Source: an uncultured Holophagales bacterium (lineage in GTDB: Bacteria > Acidobacteriota > Thermoanaerobaculia > Multivoradales > UBA5704). From it: 64,000 nucleotides of DNA. The DNA is taken from positions 1,792,001 to 1,856,000 of the forward strand of contig CAWJGT010000003.1 in NCBI GenBank assembly GCA_963842525.1, written 5' to 3'. The position numbers and the translations under genes were made by a program. The notes beneath the pieces were generated by a model, which did not search any database, was not told the origin of the DNA, and saw nothing but the letters and a program-made list of their open reading frames with translations. This document shows, piece by piece, positions 46,033 to 56,805 of the stretch. Positions within the stretch are counted from its first letter, which is position 1; each line of letters opens with the position of its first letter.

Positions 46033-46848
46033 GTGGAAGAGCTTTTAGCGCAGTTGGCCCGCGAGGTCCAGCGGAAGTACTACGGTAAATACCGCGGCTT
46101 CGTGGTGGAAAACAAGGACCCCGAGAAGCGGGGCCGGCTGCGGCTGCTGGTGCCCTCGGTGCTGGGCACGGAGGAGACCGCCTGGGCCCTTCCCTGCCTG
46201 CCGTTCGGCGGCGCTGCCGGGCACGGCCTGTTCACCGTGCCGGAGAACGACGCCCAGGTCTGGGTCGAGTTCGAGGAGGGCGAGCTGGCGCAGCCGATCT
46301 GGACCGGCACCTTCTGGCAGAAGCAGGGCGATCCGCCGGACGAGGCCACTGCCGGCGAGGGCCCGACCGCGCGGGTCTTGAAGACCCCCGGCGGCCACAT
46401 CCTCCTGTTCGACGACGAGAAGGACAAGGAGAAGCTCCGCCTCGTCCACCCGAGCGGCTCCGAGATCGCCATCGACGAGAAGGGCATCCTCTCGCTGACC
46501 GACTCCGGCGGCTCCAAGGTGACCCTGGACGCCGACGCCGGCACGCTGACCGTCGAAGACTCGAACGGCAACACCCTGACGATGAGCTCCAGCGGCACCA
46601 CCGTCGAGGACTCCAACGGCAACAAGATCGAAATGGCAGCGGCCGGCGTCACCGTCGAGGGGAAGAAGGTGGTGGTCAAGGGCCAGACGGTCATGCTGGC
46701 CGGCGACGGCGGCGAGCCGATCATCAAGGGCCAGAGCTTCCTGGCGCTCTTCGCCACCCATGTCCATCCGACCGCCATGGGGCCCTCGGGCCCGCCGATT
46801 CCGCAGGGCGAGATGTCGACCCTGTCCACGAAAGTCCTGACCTCCTAG
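46033..46848 (+). CDS. Spike protein (gp5/gpV OB-fold plus beta-helix) with C-terminal HxH apex motif
   Basis: YYGKYRGFV..NKDPEKRGRL..VP.V, WALPC.P, VWVEFEEG...PIWTG, beta-repeats EDSNGN, terminal THVHPT. Confidence 0.92.
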   Translation: MEELLAQLAREVQRKYYGKYRGFVVENKDPEKRGRLRLLVPSVLGTEETAWALPCLPFGGAAGHGLFTVPENDAQVWVEFEEGELAQPIWTGTFWQKQGDPPDEATAGEGPTARVLKTPGGHILLFDDEKDKEKLRLVHPSGSEIAIDEKGILSLTDSGGSKVTLDADAGTLTVEDSNGNTLTMSSSGTTVEDSNGNKIEMAAAGVTVEGKKVVVKGQTVMLAGDGGEPIIKGQSFLALFATHVHPTAMGPSGPPIPQGEMSTLSTKVLTS

Positions 46849-46859
46849 AAAAGGCAACG

Positions 46860-47258
46860 ATGAAACGTCTCGCCGATCCACCCTATATGTCCTTCCCGTT
46901 CCGCATCGGGGCCGGGGGAGCGCAGCGGTCCGATCGCCGCCGCCACGTGCGTGAGCAGATCGAGCAGGTGCTCTTCACCGACCCCGGCGACCGGGTCTTC
47001 CGTCCGGAATTCGGTGCGGGCGTCCGCACCCTGATCTTCGAGCCCAACACGTCCCCGCTATGGACCCTGGCGCGCAAGCGGCTGATGGCCGCGCTGGCCG
47101 AGGTCCTCCAGGGGGAGGTCGATCCACGCAGCCTGCAGGTCGACGTCACCGGCGAAGGGGAGACGCTGTCCCTGGTGATCTCCTACCGCTTGGCGACCCT
47201 CGGCCACTCCGAAGAGCACCGCTTCGCCATCGGAGCGGGGGGAGGCCGCCTTGGCTGA
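46860..47258 (+). CDS. gp25/GPW-like baseplate protein (Afp9-like)
   Basis: FPFRIG, HVREQIEQVLFTDPGDRVFRPEFGAGV..LIFEPN. Confidence 0.92.
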   Translation: MKRLADPPYMSFPFRIGAGGAQRSDRRRHVREQIEQVLFTDPGDRVFRPEFGAGVRTLIFEPNTSPLWTLARKRLMAALAEVLQGEVDPRSLQVDVTGEGETLSLVISYRLATLGHSEEHRFAIGAGGGRLG

Positions 47259-48450
47259 TCTCCCTCTGCCGCGGCTGGAGTTCCGCGACCAGGGCACCGA
47301 CGGCGGCGTCCGCCGGGTGGATCTGCCCGGCGAGCTGCCGGCCCTCGGCGACGATTTCGACTGGCGTGTGCGCGACTACGACGGCTTCCGCGTCTTCCTG
47401 CTGGAGGAGCTGATCGCCCGCTTCCCCGAGCGGTCGCGCTGGACCGCCGCCGACGTCGAGGTCGCCCTGGTCGAGGTGCTGGCGGCGGTGCTCGACCAGC
47501 TCTCCGACATGCTCGACCGGGTCTCGTCCGAGGCCACCCTGGAGACGGCGCGGCGGCCGGAGTCGGTGCGCCGCCTGCTGCGCATGATCGGCTTCGACCC
47601 GGTCGGCTCCCCCTTCGACCGCCCCGACCCGGTGGCGGTGCCCGAGGGGACCGATCCGGTCGAGGAGAGGCGCCTGCGCGAGGAGGCCCTGGAGCTGTTC
47701 TGGCTGAGCCATCCCGAGGCCATGGAAGCGGCGCGCCGGGCCGGCCCGCGCGCCATCCGCACCCAGAGGCGCATGGTCACGGTGGAGGACTACGGCCTCC
47801 GCCTGCAGGACCACCCGCTGGTCCACCGCGCCCACTCGTGGCTGGAGTGGACCGGCTCGTGGGCCGCGGTGCGCGTGGCGGTCATGGGCTGGAACGACCG
47901 CGGCCTCGACGACGCCCTCTCCGCCGCCCGGCTGCCGGCCGATATGCGCCCCGTGGTGGACGCCTTCCACCGCCAGAGCGGTGTTCCGCTGCCCACGTGG
48001 GACGCCGCGCCGACGCTACGCCAGGTGCTGCGGCTCTACCTCGACGCCTACCGCATGGCCGGCCAGGAGGTGGTCCTCCAGGACGCGGTCGCCGTCGGCG
48101 TTGCTCTCGAGCTGGTGATCACGGTGGACGACCGCTTCTTCCGCTCGGAGGTGCAGCGCGCGGTCGAGCAGGTGCTGGGGCGCGGCCCGGGCGGCTTCTT
48201 CGCGGCCGGGCGGCTGCGCTTCGGCGAAGACCTGCACGCCAGCGACGTCTTCGAGGCTGTCATGTCGGTCGAAGGGGTGGAGGACGTCTATCTGGAGCTC
48301 TTCAAGCGGGTGGGCGGGCGCCATCCCGACCGCACGGTCGAAGGCAACATTCCGCTCCAGGGGGTCGAGGTGGCGGTCTGTGACAACGATCCCGCGCGCC
48401 CCGAGCGCGGCTATTTCCGGCTCGCGATGACCGGAGGGAGGAGAGGATGA
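47251..48450 (+). CDS. Baseplate J/gp6-like wedge protein (short)
   Basis: FDWRVRDYDGFR, DQLSDMLDRV..EATLETARRPESVRRL, QRRMVTVEDY, EWTGSW, YRMAGQEV, LRFGEDL. Confidence 0.85.
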   Translation: MADLPLPRLEFRDQGTDGGVRRVDLPGELPALGDDFDWRVRDYDGFRVFLLEELIARFPERSRWTAADVEVALVEVLAAVLDQLSDMLDRVSSEATLETARRPESVRRLLRMIGFDPVGSPFDRPDPVAVPEGTDPVEERRLREEALELFWLSHPEAMEAARRAGPRAIRTQRRMVTVEDYGLRLQDHPLVHRAHSWLEWTGSWAAVRVAVMGWNDRGLDDALSAARLPADMRPVVDAFHRQSGVPLPTWDAAPTLRQVLRLYLDAYRMAGQEVVLQDAVAVGVALELVITVDDRFFRSEVQRAVEQVLGRGPGGFFAAGRLRFGEDLHASDVFEAVMSVEGVEDVYLELFKRVGGRHPDRTVEGNIPLQGVEVAVCDNDPARPERGYFRLAMTGGRRG

Positions 48451-51400
48451 GCGCCGCCGACCGCGATCTCACCCGCTGGAACCGCTCGGGCCTCAAGCGC
48501 TTCCGCTACGTGGACGGCAATGCCGCCACGCACCTGGAGGAGCTGCGCCTCGCACTGCTCTCCCGCTTCCTGCACGAGAAGGCCGGAGGCGGTCAAGGGA
48601 TCCGGACGCGGCCGCAGCCTCGACTGGTGGCGCGAGGTCTGGGCCGATCCTCCCGATGCCGCCTCCGACCCCGACGGCCGCGAGGCGCTCGACGGCCTGC
48701 TCACCGACCTCCGCGGCCGTCTCGCCTGGACCGGCGAGGGCTCCGACCCCGGGCCGCTCTGGACGCCCGTGCCGCCGCGCCCCGAGGCCGAGGGCGAGCG
48801 CGCCGGCCGCCTGCTCGGGCAGTATGAGGGGGCGCGCCGCGACCTCGCCTGGGAGGTCGTGCGCTCCTTCTCCCGCGCCGCGCACGTCCTGACCGAGCAC
48901 CTGGACGCCTACGCCAACGAGGGGTTCCTGGGCACCGCCACGCAGTGGGAGAGCGTCCGCCGGCTGGCCGCCATGCTCGACGCCCGCCCGGCGCCGCCGG
49001 CCTCCGCCTCGACGGTGCTGCTGCTCCAGGCCAAGGAGGGGCGCCAGGGGGTGGTGGAGAAGGGCTTCCAGGTCAAGCACACGCCCGCGGACGGCGGCGC
49101 GCCCGTGATCTTCGAGACCCTGGAAAACATCCAGGTGGATGCCGCCCTCGACGAGCTGCGCCCGCTCGGGTTCGACCGCAACCCCGAGCTCCTGCAGGGC
49201 TCGCGGCTCGACCTCGCCGGCCGGATCAAGGGGTTGCGCACCGGCGAGCCGCTGATCCTGGAGGACGACCGCAACGGCCAGCTCCACGCCCATGTGATCC
49301 GCGGCGTGCTGGAGGAGGACGCGGCGACAATAGTTGACGTGGCGCCGCCGGTCGCCGGCGGCCCCGGCGGACTACCGCGCGGACACGTGATCGTCCACTC
49401 CGTGCCCCGCGATCGCCTGGCGCCGCTCGCCCCCGCCGCCACTTCCGTTCAGATCGGGCGCGCCCTCCACCTCGCCGAGGAGCCGTCCGGCCTGGCGGTG
49501 GGCGAGACCGTCTGGATCGGCGACGGCCGGCGGTCGCTCTTCCGGCGGGTGGACGCGGTCCAGGGCCGCCGCCTCACGGTCTACGAGGACATCGGCGAGC
49601 TGCGGGTCGACCTCACGGAGGTCGGGCGCCCGGTGCTCGTGCCGGTGACCAGCATCACGGGCCGCACGGTCGAGCAGACGCAGGACGGCCAGAACGTGGA
49701 CGTCCTCGCGGTCAAGGTGGCCGGCGACTGGACGCGCCTGCTCGGCGGCTGGGTGGCTGGCCGGCGCGGCGGCAGCCTGGCCCCCTGCCGGGTGTTCGGG
49801 GTGGACTACCGCCCCGTGGGCTCGGGCGTCGGACGACGCCGGCTACTCCTTCCTCCGCCTGGAGTGGCAGCACGGCGGCACGGGGAACCTGAACCCGCAG
49901 ACGCTCCTCGCGCCGCCGCCGGGCGGCGGCGTCTGGAGGGCCGACCGCTTCCTGGTCGAGGAAAGCTCCCGGGTGCCGCGCGACCTGGTCACCACCGTGC
50001 CCAAGAAGACGGCGGCCGGCGACCTGGCGGCCGTGGTAAGCGGCGGGCGGGTGGCCTGGGCCCGGCTGGGAGCGGTCGAGGTCGACACCGCCAGGGAGCA
50101 GGCAACCCTTCGCGCCGAGGCCGATTGGCGCGACCGCGGCGGGGCGCCGTACTTCTTCGCCGGGACCACTGTATACGGCCACTTCGAGCACCGCGTGCGC
50201 CTCGCCGGCTGGGACCGCAACGACCAGCCGCTCGCCGGCAGCGAGGTGCCGCTGGCGCAGGTGCCCGCGGCTCTGCGCTCCGGCCGCATCGTCTTCCTGG
50301 GGCGGCTGGACCAGCCCGGCGCCGGCCGGGTCGCCAAGGTGGGCGAGGTCAGGGACCGGTCGATCGTGCTCGACGCCGTGCTGCCGGAGGGCTCGACCTA
50401 CGGCAACCTGGTGCTGCGCGGCAACACGGTCGCGGCCGGGCACGGCGAGGCCAAGGAGGAAAGGGTCCTGGGCAGCGGCGACGCCTCGCAGTCGGGGCAG
50501 GTCTTCGTCCTGCGCGACAAGGGGGTCTCCTTCGTGGCCGACTCGAACCACCCGGCCGGCGTGCGGGCGGACATCGAGGTCCGCGTCGGCGACCGCGCCT
50601 GGCAGCAGGTGCCGACCCTCGCCGACTCCGGGCCGGCCGACCCGCACTTCGTGCTGCGCATGACCGAGGACGGCGGGCTCGAGCTGACCTTCGGCGACGG
50701 CCGCAACGGGCGCCGCCTGCCGACCGGCACCAACAACGTGCGCATCGCCTACCGGGTGGGTACGGGCCTCGCCGGCAACCTGCCGCCGGGGCGGCTGGAA
50801 AAGCCGGCCCGCCCGCATCCGCTGATCGAAGCCGTGCGGCAGCCGCTGCCGGCGACCGGGGGCAACGACATGGAGGCGATCGAGTCGTTGCGCGCCACGG
50901 CGCCGGCGAGCGTCTCAACCCTTGGCCGCGCCGTTTCGCTGGCCGATTTCGGACGGCTGGCGGCGAGCCAGAGCAGCCTCTGGCAGGCGCGCGCCTTCCC
51001 GTTGCCGGCGGGCATCGGCCGGCAGGAGAGCGTGCGGGTGGTCGTGGTGCCAGCCGGCGGCGGCCCCTTGGACGGCCTCGCCGTCTCGCTGCAGGCCTTC
51101 CTGGAGGCCCATGCCCTGCCCGGCGTGGCGGTGCGGGTGGAGCGCTACACCTCGGTGGCGATCTCGCTCCACGTCACGCTGCAGATCAAGACCGCCGAGT
51201 TCGATCCCGACCGCGTCCTCGCGGCCGTCCGCGAGCGCCTGCTCGAGGCCTTCGGCCTGCGCGGCCGGCGCATGGGGCAGGCGCTGCGCCTCGGCGAGAT
51301 CTACCACGTCGTCGAAGGGGTGAGCGGCGTCTCCAACTCGCTCTGCGTCCTCGACGGCGACCCCGCCCGCAACCATGTCGTGGCGCCGCCGGACGGCGTG

Positions 51401-51460
51401 GTCCACCTGGATGCGGAGCAGTCCTCCCTGATCGTTGTCTACAAGGAGTTCGAGCTGTGA
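48447..51460 (+). CDS. Large baseplate J-like assembly protein (Afp11/12-like); frameshifts ~48590 and ~49825
   Basis: RWNRSGL.RFRYVDGNA, ANEGFLGTATQWESVRRL, FETLE, GNTVAAGHGE, LGSGDA, FGDGRNGRRLPTG.NNV..YRVG.G..GN, RAVSLADF. Confidence 0.85.
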
Positions 51461-53187
51461 ACGATCTCGAGACCCGCACCGGAAACCAGCTCTACGACCT
51501 CCTCCCGGAGGTCTATCGTAGCCGCGACGACGGCAGCCTCGCCGCCTGGATGAATGGCATGGGGCACCTCCTGGACCTTGTCCGCAACACGCTGGAGCAG
51601 CGGCTGGCCGACTGCTTCCCGGACGCACCGCTGCGCGGCCGGGCCAGCCAGGACTGGCTGCTGCCGTACTTCGCCGACCTGCTGGAGCCGCACATGATCT
51701 CCTCCGACCCCCGCGCCCAGCGCGCCGAGGTGGCGAACGCCATTGCCTGGCGGCAGCGCAAGGGGACGGTCGCCGTGGCTGAGCAGGTCGCCCAGGGGGT
51801 CGGGCAGATCGAGGTCGAGGTCCAGGAGGGGTGGAAGCGCGTCGCCGTCACCCCGCGGATCGGTGGCACCCCGCCGCCTCCGCCTCCCATGGAAGGAGAT
51901 CCCTGGGCCGACGGGCCGGCCGGCACGGTGGCCTTCGGCTTCCCGTCGCGCGCCGTCCGCGTCGATCCCGAGGATCCGGCCGCGCGCGTCACCCGCTTCG
52001 GCGACCAGTGGATCCCCTGGCGCCAGGCCCATGCCTCGGGCACACCCGCCTTCCCCGGCAGCTACGAGGACGTCTCGGCCCGTACCGTGGACATGCGCTC
52101 GCCCGACTGGCGCTGCGGGCACGCCCATCCGCGGCGGCTGCTGCTCTACTATCCGCCGCAGGGCGGCTTCTTTCCGCCCGGGGCGCCGGTGGTGGACTGG
52201 TACGCCTGGGCCTCCCGGCGCTCGATCTTCGAGCAGGGGCTCGCGCAGCTCGATGCCGGAGAGGAGAGCCGGATCTCGTTCAGCGATGTCTCGGCCGAAC
52301 GGCTCCCCGAGTCCCAGGGCATCGCGCGCGTCCTGATCAAGAAAGGCGGCGCTCTCGTAGGCGAGCGCATCAGCGAGCCCCACGGCCGGGTCACCCTGCG
52401 GATGCTCCTCTCCGGGCGGTGGATGGAGAGGAGCACCAAGCCCGGGGAGCCCGTCCTCTACCGTGGCGACGGCCGGCCGGTGATCGTCCGCGCCAGCAGC
52501 TCCGGCAATACCATCCACCTCGGTTCGGAGCTCCGCGTGGACTTCGAAGGGCTCTCCTTCGACGCGAGGCTCATCGGCAGCAACGGAACCCGCCTCAGGT
52601 TCCGCAATTCGGCCGCCCGGGAGGTCAACGTGCCGACGGCGGACCTGCATGAGCCTGTCATCGAGGCCGTCGATTCCCTCTTCGACTGGTTCGCCGCAAT
52701 CAACGGCCTTGTGCGCCTCGAATACGTGACCGTTCTGTCCGAGATCGCGGCGTCAGCGGCGTCGCGCGTCCAGGTGAGCGATTCGCTGCTGGTGGGGCAG
52801 CTCCAGATCTTCTCCTCCCAGCTCCCGAGCGTGATCCGCTATTCGCGCCTGCCCTGGCTCCCTGAGGGGGCGCCGGTCCTGGCGGCGTTCAATACCACGG
52901 AGCGCCCCCTGTTCGTGGAGCTGGACTTCCAGGAGGACGCCGGGACCGTCCGGCGCGCGGCCCGCTTCGGCGAGCCCGGCGCCGGCGTGCTCCACCCCGA
53001 AGCGCCGCGGGCGATCCGCCTCGGCGCCGAGGACGGCGGAGAGATGGGGGCCTATCACGGACGCCGCTACAGCCTGACGGCCGAGGCGGTCCGCAACAAG
53101 CTCGAAGACTACCTGCCGGTCGGCGTCGAGGCAGTGCTGATCCCCGATCCGCAACTCCTCAACCCGCCGCCCGAGCTCGAAGGGTGA
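51457..53187 (+). CDS. Baseplate gp7/P2 gpI-like tail protein
   Basis: GTG overlaps the previous stop; LYDLLPEVYRSRD, WLLPYFADLL, RAEVANAIAWRQRKGT, GAEDGGEMGAYH, LEDYLPVG. Confidence 0.82.
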   Translation: MNDLETRTGNQLYDLLPEVYRSRDDGSLAAWMNGMGHLLDLVRNTLEQRLADCFPDAPLRGRASQDWLLPYFADLLEPHMISSDPRAQRAEVANAIAWRQRKGTVAVAEQVAQGVGQIEVEVQEGWKRVAVTPRIGGTPPPPPPMEGDPWADGPAGTVAFGFPSRAVRVDPEDPAARVTRFGDQWIPWRQAHASGTPAFPGSYEDVSARTVDMRSPDWRCGHAHPRRLLLYYPPQGGFFPPGAPVVDWYAWASRRSIFEQGLAQLDAGEESRISFSDVSAERLPESQGIARVLIKKGGALVGERISEPHGRVTLRMLLSGRWMERSTKPGEPVLYRGDGRPVIVRASSSGNTIHLGSELRVDFEGLSFDARLIGSNGTRLRFRNSAAREVNVPTADLHEPVIEAVDSLFDWFAAINGLVRLEYVTVLSEIAASAASRVQVSDSLLVGQLQIFSSQLPSVIRYSRLPWLPEGAPVLAAFNTTERPLFVELDFQEDAGTVRRAARFGEPGAGVLHPEAPRAIRLGAEDGGEMGAYHGRRYSLTAEAVRNKLEDYLPVGVEAVLIPDPQLLNPPPELEG

Positions 53188-53233
53188 GAGGCATTTACTC
53201 GGCATTTACTCCTGCCGGATGCTGGGAATTCCC

Positions 53234-53467
53234 TCAGGGGGTGCAGCAGGCGATCCCACACTGCACTCCCGCCCGTCTGCAATCGCGCATGCACGCACTG
53301 AAGCCGGGATCCCCCTGCGGCGGACAGGTCGCCAGGCAGCTGTTGGTTACTACACTGCAGCCGCAATCGTCACCTGAGCATGCAGCGACGACCTTGGAAG
53401 GAACCGCCACGATCGTCAGGAGGACGAGACAGAGCGTTGCAAGCAGGTAAACAAGTTTGGTCCTCAT
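53234..53467 (-). CDS. Small secreted cysteine-rich peptide (77 aa; 10 Cys in the mature part)
   Basis: [10 protein letters not shown]; signal MRTKLVYLLATLCLVLLTIVAVPSKVVA; mature ACSGDDCGCSVVTNSCLATCPPQGDPGFSACMRDCRRAGVQCGIACCTP. Confidence 0.72.
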   Translation of the reverse strand: MRTKLVYLLATLCLVLLTIVAVPSKVVAACSGDDCGCSVVTNSCLATCPPQGDPGFSACMRDCRRAGVQCGIACCTP

Positions 53468-53530
53468 AGGCTCTCCCTTAGTAAGCAGCTTTCCTATTAT
53501 CTCTTTGTCAGATTCGCTTCGGATGGAGAG

Positions 53531-53750
53531 GCCCCGAAGGGGCTTGGGCATAAAGCCTGGCGCTTCAGCGCCAGTTGGCGCCCCCCAATGACCTGGAGCC
53601 CTGAAGGGGCGCAGGCATTCTCTACCATCCACCCGCGGCGGGGCTCGCGCCCCTCGCCCGTGCCGTCGCCCTTTCAGGGCTTTGGGTCAATATTGGGCCT
53701 CGGTCCTGGGGTTGAAACCCCAGGCTTTACGCCTTTGCCCCTGCGGGGCT
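53531..53750. repeat. REP cluster (inverted doublet), same family as 38634-38720
   Basis: GCCCCGAAGGGGC, ATAAAGCCTGGCGCTTCAGCGCCAG, CCTGGGGTTGAAACCCCAGGCTTTA, GCCCCTGCGGGGC. Confidence 0.75.
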
Positions 53751-53847
53751 GCCGCCAGCCAGGGCCAATCTGACAAATAGAATTATGGCATCACAGGTCG
53801 TTGAGCACGCAAGCCCCGAGCGTGGAGCGTAGGGTCTCCAAGCATCC

Positions 53848-53874
53848 TGAGGGGGTCCGGGCTCGGGCAGCGTT
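53848..53874 (+). promoter_or_regulatory. TGAGGG-N17-CGTT motif copy 4
   Basis: TGAGGG 53848-53853, CGTT 53871-53874. Confidence 0.68.
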
Positions 53875-53937
53875 CCATACCGCGGAGTGGACGGCCGCCG
53901 CCGTCGCAGCCGATCGATTGACAAGGGACAGGCCGAC

Positions 53938-56805
53938 ATGAAGACTCAGATCTCCAGGAACGGATATGCCGCCGAGAAGCGCTACTCCGGGGTCTACCAG
54001 CAGCAGGGCAGCATCCTCACGGACCGCGACTGGAACGAGATGGTCGATGTCCTCAAGGGGCGCATCGACGAAGGATTGGCCCACGCGGTGGGGGCCGGCC
54101 TGGCGCGCAGCGGCGCCGTCGAGATCCTGCCGGGCTCCAGCTCGCAGGGGCTCGCGATCCGACCCGGGACGGTCTACGCCGGGGGGGTGACAGCCCAGGT
54201 CGCGCCCGCCGCCGGGGCCGCGGTCCCCTTCCGCTACGACCAGCAGGCCGACTTCCCGTCGCCCCCTGCGCTGCCTGCGGGCCAGGACTACGTCCTCTAC
54301 GCGGACATCTGGGAGCGGCCGGTGCTGGCCATGGAGGACGAAGGCCTGCGCGACCGCGCCCTGACCGGGGCGGCCGATCCCAGCACCCGCAGCCAGACCC
54401 TGGCGCAGATCAAGTGGGCCCCGGCTTCCTCGGACCCGGAAGACCCGGGCCAGAATCCACCGCGCGGCAACGCAATCCTCAGGGTGTCCGTGCCGTCGCA
54501 GGACCACCTCCCCGGACCCGATACCGACACCCTTCCGGAAGCCGTCGATCCGCTGGGCAGAGACGTCCTCCTCCGTCTGGAGGTCCACAACGTGACCTGG
54601 CCGGAAGAAGCCCCGCCGGAGTGGTGGTCCCGCATCGTCCTCAAGTGGTCGCGGGAGAACGGCGCGCGGCAGTACCGCTACCTGGAGGTGCCCCCCTGGT
54701 TCAAGACCGGGACGTGGATCTACGAGCTCTACGACCCGGAGGCCGAAAAGCACCTGGGCTACACCTTCGGGAGCTGGACCCCGGTGCGCGGAACGCTTTC
54801 GTCGACGTTCCCCGAGGTGAGCGGGGAGATCGCCGCACGCTCCTTCGTCCGGCGCTGGGACGGCTACTGCATCGTCTCGAGAACGGACTCCAGCAATCCC
54901 CACCTCCCTGCTTTCCAATTTGACGAGGACCCCGCGACGACCGCTCCCGGGTCCGTGGTCACCCTGTCCTCCTGGGAGGAGCCCTCCCCCGATGGGGACC
55001 TGGCCGTGAATCTCGGCCATCTCAGGCTCGACCTCACCCTCCAGAGCTCCGTCCTCCTGGCCGGAGACTCCTGGCAGGTCCCGGTCCGCCGGGCCGGCTA
55101 TCTACCCGGATCACAGATCCTGGCGGATCTGCCGTCGGGAGTTGCGCACCGCTACGCGACCCTGGCCACGGTCAGTGCCGCGGGGGCCGTGACGCCGCGG
55201 CTAGCCACCTTCTCGCCCCTGACCGCGCTCCAGGCGGGCGATGTCGCCTACGACGGCAGCGGTGCCACGAACGGCCTCTTCAACGCCTCCCACAATACGG
55301 TGAAGAAGGCGCTGGACCGACTCTGGAGCCTCGGCGCCGAGCACGCCGGGTACACCAGGTCCGCGAACAAAGGGGTCTACAAGGACAGATCCGCCGCCAA
55401 CGTCAAGCAGGCATTGGACCTGCTGAGCGACGTCCGTGCGCGGCAGATCGTCTACGACGGGCGGACGGGCGTGCCCGATCCTCAGGCCGCTCTGGACGCG
55501 TTGTTCAACCGCTCCACCAAGCTCAACGCCTGGACCACGGTCGGCGGGGCCGGGCAATATACGTCAGTCAATGCGGCGGTCACCGCGCTCCTCGCGCAAC
55601 AGAAGCGCGACATCCGCCTGTGGCTGCTGCCGGGCGATCATCGAGCTCGATCCGACGCAGCCGCTGATCACCGCGCAGGACGCGGTCCATCTGACCCTCG
55701 CGGGTGCCGGCTGGGTCTCCCGCCTGCTCGTCCGGGGAGCGGTCTCGTTCCAGGGCTTCGCCTCGGTGACGTTCCAGGGGCTGGCCGTCGAAGTCGACCG
55801 CCTGGCCGGCGTGTTTGTGAGCGGCGGCGAGTCTCTCTCCTGGACAACCGCATCTCGGGCATTTGCACCGAGGACGGCAAGGGTTTGATCCATTCGACCG
55901 GCAGCTCCCGCATCCTGCTGCGGGACAACATCGTCGAAGCCTCCCGGAACGATCCCACGGTGGAGCCGGTGTCGATCCTCGCGCCGCTCGATACCGAGGC
56001 CGCGCTGCGCGAGCTGTTCTCGACGCGCTCGCCCAGGCTGTTCGCGCTGCGTGCCAACGCGATGGACCTGCGGGTGCAGGCGCTCACGAAAGCCGAGCGC
56101 CAGCAGAGGGCGGACGCCATCCAGGCGCTGCTGGACCTGCGCCCGGACCTCCCGAAGGGGGCCTACAACACCTTCGTGACCAATCTGCGCGGCACATCTG
56201 TCGGTTTTCTCAACGGCACCTTGTCCCCGATCCGCGTCGAAGCCGTGCGGCGGGCGCTCCCCGGCACCTTTCTCACGATCGACGACATCGCCGGCAGCGT
56301 GCGCCTGGAGGGCAACCAGATCTTCGGCACCGTGAGCCTCTACGGGGCGCCCGGCGGCGAGCTCACCTCTGCCGATCTCCAGCGCATCGCCGGGCAGATC
56401 ACGACGATTTCCTTCGACGCGGCAGGCGGGTATGACCTCGTGGCCCGCAACAACAGGATGACCGGCTTCCGCATCGGCAAAGCGAGAGTCGAGCGACTCC
56501 AGGCCCAGAACGGCGCCGGGCTCGTCTATCGCCGCATCTGCCTGCGCGACAACACGATCGACAGCACCGGCAATCAGCTCCTGGCCGGCGCCGTCTCGCT
56601 GCAATCGAACCTCGTCCTCGCCGCGCCCACGTGGGGATGGATGATCACGGACGAGGCCTTGCTCCAGCTCAACCTGACGCGCTTCGCCGTGACGCAGAGC
56701 GCCACGGCCATCGATGTCCTGGCGCGGAGCGGGGTGACGGCGCTCAACGGGGCCTCCTTCAACGTACGTCAGCCGGCGTCGGAGTTGGCTCCCACGGTCC
56801 CCTGA
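53938..56805 (+). CDS. DUF6519-like eCIS protein (putative tail fibre) with C-terminal beta-helix, paralog 1; compensating frameshifts ~55640 and ~55835
   Basis: MKTQISR...KRYSGVYQQQG.ILTDRDWNE, LYADIWERPV..ED..LRD.AL, LRLEVH, KWSRENG, RRWDG, GDSWQVPVR, and NxI beta-helix rungs. Confidence 0.8.
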   Translation: MKTQISRNGYAAEKRYSGVYQQQGSILTDRDWNEMVDVLKGRIDEGLAHAVGAGLARSGAVEILPGSSSQGLAIRPGTVYAGGVTAQVAPAAGAAVPFRYDQQADFPSPPALPAGQDYVLYADIWERPVLAMEDEGLRDRALTGAADPSTRSQTLAQIKWAPASSDPEDPGQNPPRGNAILRVSVPSQDHLPGPDTDTLPEAVDPLGRDVLLRLEVHNVTWPEEAPPEWWSRIVLKWSRENGARQYRYLEVPPWFKTGTWIYELYDPEAEKHLGYTFGSWTPVRGTLSSTFPEVSGEIAARSFVRRWDGYCIVSRTDSSNPHLPAFQFDEDPATTAPGSVVTLSSWEEPSPDGDLAVNLGHLRLDLTLQSSVLLAGDSWQVPVRRAGYLPGSQILADLPSGVAHRYATLATVSAAGAVTPRLATFSPLTALQAGDVAYDGSGATNGLFNASHNTVKKALDRLWSLGAEHAGYTRSANKGVYKDRSAANVKQALDLLSDVRARQIVYDGRTGVPDPQAALDALFNRSTKLNAWTTVGGAGQYTSVNAAVTALLAQQKRDIRLWLLPGDHRARSDAAADHRAGRGPSDPRGCRLGLPPARPGSGLVPGLRLGDVPGAGRRSRPPGRRVCERRRVSLLDNRISGICTEDGKGLIHSTGSSRILLRDNIVEASRNDPTVEPVSILAPLDTEAALRELFSTRSPRLFALRANAMDLRVQALTKAERQQRADAIQALLDLRPDLPKGAYNTFVTNLRGTSVGFLNGTLSPIRVEAVRRALPGTFLTIDDIAGSVRLEGNQIFGTVSLYGAPGGELTSADLQRIAGQITTISFDAAGGYDLVARNNRMTGFRIGKARVERLQAQNGAGLVYRRICLRDNTIDSTGNQLLAGAVSLQSNLVLAAPTWGWMITDEALLQLNLTRFAVTQSATAIDVLARSGVTALNGASFNVRQPASELAPTVP

